Shown here: piece after piece, positions 59,401 to 64,000 of the stretch
Layout: each line of letters starts with the position of its first letter
Numbering within the stretch: position 1 is the stretch's first letter
DNA from: Schizochytrium sp. TIO01
Lineage: Eukaryota > Protista > Bigyra: Labyrinthulomycetes
Assembly (NCBI GenBank): GCA_004764695.1
Contig: SMSO01000034.1
Location: forward strand, 3,038,001 to 3,102,000
DNA length: 64,000 nt
Direction of reading: 5' to 3'
Notes under the pieces: generated by a model
What the model was told of the DNA's origin: nothing
The model's input: only the letters and a program-made list of their open reading frames with translations
Database searches by the model: none
Program-made: the position numbers and the translations under genes

Positions 59401-60810
59401 GAGATCAGTACTCTTCCTGACAGCTTGACAACACTTACCAATCTCAGAACCCTTAATTTTGGTGGAAATGAGATTTCCGAATTGCCAAGCGGATTTGGTG
59501 CACTAACACGATTAGAGGAGCTCACTCTGATTAATAACGAGCTCACAGCCTTACCTGAGAGCTTTGCAAAGCTTACATGGCTACAGAGTATGGCATTGTC
59601 GAAGAACCCCTTTAGATCTTTGCCAGAGTCATTCGGCGAAATGACCGACCTTACTATCCTTGATCTTTCGGAAAATGGAAATGATTTTGTAGAACTGCCT
59701 GACAGCTTCACGAACCTACAGAGCCTCGTGAAGCTGACAATTAGTACCAACCCCCAATTGGATTTCTTCGACATCCTGCCTAAGCTTACGAACCTTGAGT
59801 ATCTCAATATAGCCAGGAACAACTATACATCTATTCCCGAACAAGTAGCAAAGTTGACAAATCTTCGCTATTTGGCTGTCCTGGACAATAATCTCAAGGA
59901 GTTAGACCTTTCAACACTAATGGAACTCACAACCTTGGAAGCCAAAGGTAACACCGACCTTACGGATTTTCCAAATAGCTTGACACAGCTGACAAAATTG
60001 AGATATATCGATCTTTCCGATGCTGACATTGCGGGACTCCCGGAAAAGATGGATAAACTCACTGCCCTAGCCTACCTTGACCTGTCTAGCAACTCATTCA
60101 CGTCTTTACCTGATGTCGTCGGTAAGCTGTCATCCTTGACTCAGCTCGATGTATCGAGTAACTCAGGTATGACCACTTTGTCGAATAACTTAGGCAATCT
60201 TGGCTTGCTGCGAAGGGCCGATTTCTCGTCTAATTCTCTGGTGGCTTTGCCTAAGAGCATCAGCGGCCTCACGTCACTTACCAATCTCAATCTCCAGGGC
60301 AATGCAGGCTTGACATCAATGCCAACAGGCATATGGACTTTGTCTTCATTACAATCACTTGACATCTCAGGTTGTTCTGGCATCACAAGTATTCCTAATG
60401 CTATTTCTGGTCTCACGGCGCTGACAGAGTTGGATTTGGGTTCGTGCCAAGTTGCAGAGGTTCCAAATGGGCTCGGGTCGCTTTCAAATCTCAAGACTCT
60501 GGACTTTGCATCAAACAACCTTAGCAAGCTTCCAGCAAGTATGTCAGGACTGTCTGCTATGGTGAGTCTGGATGTCAGGTCAAACTTAATAACGGCGATT
60601 GACGAAGCTGTATTTGAAGGAATGCCTCGTCTGACAAGCTTGAACTTGGAGAGCAATTACATGATGAGTCTCCCAAGCTCACTGACAAACTTGATGAATC
60701 TGGAGTCATTCAACCTACTTCCAGCGAACAACTTTTGTGGCACTTATCCAGTATGGAACTACACTATTCCTGATATTGATTACAAGTTCGGAGCGTCAAA
60801 CAATTGTTAA
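56446..60810 (+). CDS. Secreted multidomain protein: trypsin-like serine protease + two beta-trefoil-like domains + Cys-rich cap + about 32 LRRs
   Basis: Signal peptide; triad motifs VTARHC, DDWAIL, HTCGISNGASGGP; two related segments of about 135 aa (e.g. YCIQSVATGDYL, LQNAGNGYYL) separated by TTPTTAPTT; LxxLxLxxNxLxxLP repeats counted by hand; ends NNFCGTYP; no TM segment. Confidence 0.93.
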   Translation: MPLGQWVPAKRWSLKLLVISVLLIAIASSMNSAAGLKILAEVPQTYRTLYPASAVAKLVLGTKVCTAVLVAEDKAVTARHCVLEANSDESSSYIGALLDSGDAFYSKAYLEFLDASEQSINVTVWGLKLGDPANHNDDWAILAILYLNTDELADWPPSNISPIPLNNDAKAFTIGDLGVMAYGFDSSKTSYLIADFQCTMISNHVDEDIIQHTCGISNGASGGPILTYPCDSEICTDDAERFSLLGIHVREVPSNTEEILREMVPIMSFREQLLSSSAPKLVTSVRLLMGKYQLSLKDDDTPTSINEGANNIPLASLWEIVRSESDIVSGYFYLRNRGTNTLKIYLSTEKKRASVQSDYKTVESSSGKRSTLWTLHQPSSDEEDYCIQSVATGDYLLITGKKVTMTKSCNRKSFVRIKTENETDYTSSLVSITTPTTAPTTSVAASRNVVLKDSASSNILEATVSGNKKKNTITFTLRSFGDFLPSTSLFRMTATSNSLPVVSLQNAGNGYYLSATKSGNDIKLDLLETFEEEMSEWYITAPSSGDYLCFASVKYEGHYLGIGLSTQLENTCGASNGVSLKEPFVSYGDIQISSLDNINAFPAEDCDEDSSSDVLYNSDEPCALGDNQGVKVESLETCDELSCISQSVCACDTSDCHPNLTTTLDCFEHNKTEILKIASYTNLQSLTLRNIGLQSSDLIEIFDWSDFDKLQFLDISENEISSLYDGLIGRFPNLQSFQVGGNGLRALPSNIGYLTKLELLNIDSNRIEELPDSITNLASLSSLALVGNRVSMLPDGFSRLTNLGSVTFEGNSISSLENAGSFAKFEALTYLNFFGNSLTSLPQDFTKMKSLRWLSLSRNGLDKLPSSLSDLSQLTWLSVSVNELTELPDSMTHLTGLTSIDIYANKLTNLPSGIGNLVNLRKISAQGGSSSDKQSTIRSLPDSLSNLSNLRSLNLENALKLTSDKSMPSVIAQLSALTLLNIANNEISTLPDSLTTLTNLRTLNFGGNEISELPSGFGALTRLEELTLINNELTALPESFAKLTWLQSMALSKNPFRSLPESFGEMTDLTILDLSENGNDFVELPDSFTNLQSLVKLTISTNPQLDFFDILPKLTNLEYLNIARNNYTSIPEQVAKLTNLRYLAVLDNNLKELDLSTLMELTTLEAKGNTDLTDFPNSLTQLTKLRYIDLSDADIAGLPEKMDKLTALAYLDLSSNSFTSLPDVVGKLSSLTQLDVSSNSGMTTLSNNLGNLGLLRRADFSSNSLVALPKSISGLTSLTNLNLQGNAGLTSMPTGIWTLSSLQSLDISGCSGITSIPNAISGLTALTELDLGSCQVAEVPNGLGSLSNLKTLDFASNNLSKLPASMSGLSAMVSLDVRSNLITAIDEAVFEGMPRLTSLNLESNYMMSLPSSLTNLMNLESFNLLPANNFCGTYPVWNYTIPDIDYKFGASNNC

Positions 60811-62030
60811 AAAATAAAATAAAATAATAGACGATGACTATTTTAGACTTTAAGCTTATGACAAAACTAGACTCTTGATGACGCAGCCACGGAGTGTAGG
60901 TGGAATTGTTTCTGTAAGGATGAGGCACTTATGATGACAAGGACTATGCGGCGTCCCCAAACGCTCTGAGTTCTGGAGTGTGTAATGACAAGTTGTGTTA
61001 AGAGTGATTTACCTCTCGCAAGAGTAAAACCCCTGAACGCTTCTAAGAATCTCGTTCGGGGCGCCACTTTTTAATTTGCTGAATGCGCTAATACAATATT
61101 ATCCTTTTTACTTCTAAATGAACTTCAGGCGGTGTTTGAGCAAGGATCTACGAATAAGCTTCCGTTCATTGTACTGCAGGGGTTGCTTTTGTAATGTGTC
61201 AAGTGTTAAATGCAGAGGTGTAGTTGAACCCATCCCAGTTTGTTGCTCTGGAACAATCTTGAACTTCCAGGTTCATACACTTGTAGCTTTTGTGAAGTTA
61301 TCTTTACGAGCATTAGTTCACGGACTTGATGTTATGAGTTTGGAGTAGATGTTTCATCTTGACACAGTATCTTAGTTCACCTAGCTAGCTACCTGTTGAG
61401 ATTACTTTGGAGGCTCGTTTGAAAAGAGATTTAAGAGGTCCTAGCAAACTAGTATATGCTCAAGGACCTTTGACTTGTCAGGAGCGGGATAAGAAACCAA
61501 ACAGTGTGGTTGAGATGCAAAGAAAACAAAAACCACATATACGTACCGAAAAGAGTGTGTAAGTCATGATTGGATACTCATGGATAACTTAGCGTCGTGA
61601 ACTCTATAAAGACAAGTCACCATCGTCTTAGAGTAGAGAACCCAACATGAACTAAGCTGGGCATTATTACTTGGAAAGCCAACAGAGTTGCTATTTCAAA
61701 AGCTAAAGTTGTCGGACGGCATGTATCTGATGTTATTAGCACCAAAACTGATCATTACTTTGGAGGTCTTACGAGGCGAGTTTCAAGAGAGCTGCGTGGC
61801 CAATACGTTCAAGGACCCAAGGAAATAGGCATTTGCAGCGCTAAGATGATAGAGTTGGCTCGTGTTGATTTAGCTGAAATGGTCACTATTTTAATAGTTC
61901 TCTTGCTGCTATACTATGATACTCTGAGGTCTTGAACTTGAAAGTACACGTACTTCCCCCCCCCCCTACTAAGCTAGAGTTAAAAGGTCAAGGTTAAGCT
62001 GACCTGTGTTGCATGAAACGGTTGCTGTTA

Positions 62031-63053
62031 TTACGACTCGAATGCTTTTGGCAAGGCGTCATCTGTGTTACAACTCGAGCTAAATTGATGGGCCCGGGCA
62101 ACACTGTAGCATTGTGCATCAACCATAGTATCAACTGCTGTTGGTAAAAGACTGAAGTGAAGGCAAGTGGTTGAATCGTAATCTGTGGCAACTTGATAAC
62201 CTTGGCATTTCGGATTAAGCTTGCATAGAAACATACATTCATCCAATGAACAATAGTCATCATCACTACACGGCCTGTAGCCTTCACCTGCGCCCCAGCA
62301 AGCGCCACTCTCACCTTCAGAATTCTGCACCTGCTTTGTGCAAGACCTTGGAAGGTTTGTGCAGTCTTGATCGCGTGCGTAGCATTGTGAAGATGCAGTC
62401 AATCTATTCCCGTCAATATCAACCTCAGAGGCACCCGTTACACCTGAGTATATCATGGTACAAGTTTTGTTCTTGACATTGTAATTTATGCCCTTGCAAT
62501 CAAAGTTTGCGTGGCAGCGCAATTTGCATTCCTCAACGGTACAATCCTCACAAACATCCTCAACACTGTCATCATAGAATTCGCGAAAATCCTCATCGTC
62601 CATAGTTACACCAGATCTATCGTCCCAATTAGTGGTTTCTCCATTTTCAGATGAGATGGAGAAAACGCAGTTTCCTCGTTTGGAACTGCTGCCAATACAA
62701 GGCAGAGTGTCCGCCCCACCGGCACCGGAGTTGTCACCCAAGTTGTACTTGCAAAATTTTTGATCCCCATAGTCCGATGCATGCTGTTTACAATATTTTG
62801 TAGTCAAGCAATACCACAATCGGTAGTTAGTGACGTACTGACAGCGCACAAGGCGATATTTCCTGCGTTCACGCTTGCAGACCTTCTTGTGATCTACCGA
62901 TTTTAGTCTACCACAAGCCCAGCTTGTACCGGGATTTACAAAGGCTCTTGGTTTGTTTTCCGGAGGTTGTGATGCCTCCACTGTGTTCCCAATTTGTAGC
63001 ACTATCACCAGAGTAACAATTAAAACTGCGAGTGCAGCCTTCAACGTTAACAT
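62031..63053 (-). CDS. Secreted cysteine-rich protein with two PAN/apple-like domains (paralog B)
   Basis: Signal peptide; CTVEECKLRCHANFDCKGINY and CSLDECMFLCKLNPKCQGYQVATDYDSTTCLHFSLLP are near-identical to paralog A. Confidence 0.88.
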   Translation of the reverse strand: MLTLKAALAVLIVTLVIVLQIGNTVEASQPPENKPRAFVNPGTSWACGRLKSVDHKKVCKRERRKYRLVRCQYVTNYRLWYCLTTKYCKQHASDYGDQKFCKYNLGDNSGAGGADTLPCIGSSSKRGNCVFSISSENGETTNWDDRSGVTMDDEDFREFYDDSVEDVCEDCTVEECKLRCHANFDCKGINYNVKNKTCTMIYSGVTGASEVDIDGNRLTASSQCYARDQDCTNLPRSCTKQVQNSEGESGACWGAGEGYRPCSDDDYCSLDECMFLCKLNPKCQGYQVATDYDSTTCLHFSLLPTAVDTMVDAQCYSVARAHQFSSSCNTDDALPKAFES

Positions 63054-64000
63054 CGTCGCACTCCTCTTACTCAACTAAGTCGAGATTTACGTGATATTTT
63101 CGATCAGCTGAGCTAGCTGAGAGATATTGATTGGACGTCAAGCGAGATCTCGCCCACTGCACGATTCAACTGAAGTTCGCAACTTTAGCCAGTGCTAGCT
63201 AGCCCTCAGAATCTCTCTCTTGTTTGCTCAAAGGGACGAGTTCTAGTCACCTAGACCTACAACCTTGCACAGGCAAGCGAAGCACCAGTCCGGCTATACG
63301 TCGCTTGCTCTTGACAAGTCTGAGTCAACCTGCTATTGTCTTTGTCCTCGTGGCCAGGACTTTGTTTCGTTATTGTTGCAAACCTTTCAGGGGGATTAAT
63401 TGCTTAGCTGTTCTTGGTAATGGCGCAGTAGAATAAGGAGGAAATTACAAGAAGCAGCGAAATAGCTTTACATGCAGATAACAAACCTTACGGACGCCAT
63501 AAATATAAATAAAAACAAGATTAAATAAAACAAAGCATGTTGAAAGGTGCAGGTAGGATACATAGTATGTATAATATACCACGTCTGCAGCACTCTACTT
63601 GATGATCGATCACAAGCTGCTCAACACTTCGAATGAGGTAGATGGCGGCGTGATGTTTATATATAATAAATCTATAAACTACTACACTGATACTTTTGGA
63701 ATTTTGCAAGATCTTGAGGTGCGCATGCCGCGGAGACAGATGGTACCTGGCAGACGGCCCCGCACCAAACCCACATCCTTTAGCACAGCAGGCCCACATC
63801 TCCCGCATCCGTATTCTTCCTAACTGAAACCAAAATGGGCTCTTAGCGTTGATGAAGTTGACAGGAAGACTGGCTGACTAGGCTGACTCATCATATCATC
63901 ACCACCAACGAATGATGCGCGGGAGGTATGAAAGAGATTGTGTTGAAAAGCCATTGCGTGAAGACCTATGACCGCAGACAGCAGCAACATAGGTCGAACC

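Noticed and set aside
58701-60656. Antisense ORFs within the LRR gene (likewise within the HEAT, MYB, TVP23 and PRP40-like genes)
   Set aside because: Shadow ORFs of real coding sequence

Overview
Eukaryotic, intron-poor, microsatellite-rich genomic window. Gene style (single-exon ORFs, CAG/CAA-rich 5' leaders, CX4C..CX2H repeat relics) is consistent with a stramenopile protist such as a thraustochytrid; this is inference. Housekeeping-type genes: a DCAF4-like WD40 gene and a HEAT-repeat gene (both broken by +1 frameshifts, most likely assembly insertions), a three-repeat MYB factor, an AIG1/FAR-17a-like membrane protein, a coiled-coil protein, PAM16, TVP23, a TM+LEA_2-like protein, a class 3 lipase and a PRP40-like WW/FF protein. 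The right third (41.6-63.1 kb) encodes only secreted proteins among its long ORFs: a trypsin zymogen with a non-tryptic activation junction, and two paralogous Cys-rich PAN/apple-like proteins flanking a 1454-aa protein that fuses a bacterial-style serine protease, two beta-trefoil-like domains and about 32 LRRs. This is the best candidate for an undescribed extracellular sensing/proteolysis module. Also notable: a 161-aa standalone protein with a Nup98-type GLEBS (Rae1-binding) motif next to decayed zinc-finger repeat genes, and several glycosyltransferase-like relics. No tRNA, rRNA or CRISPR array could be supported.
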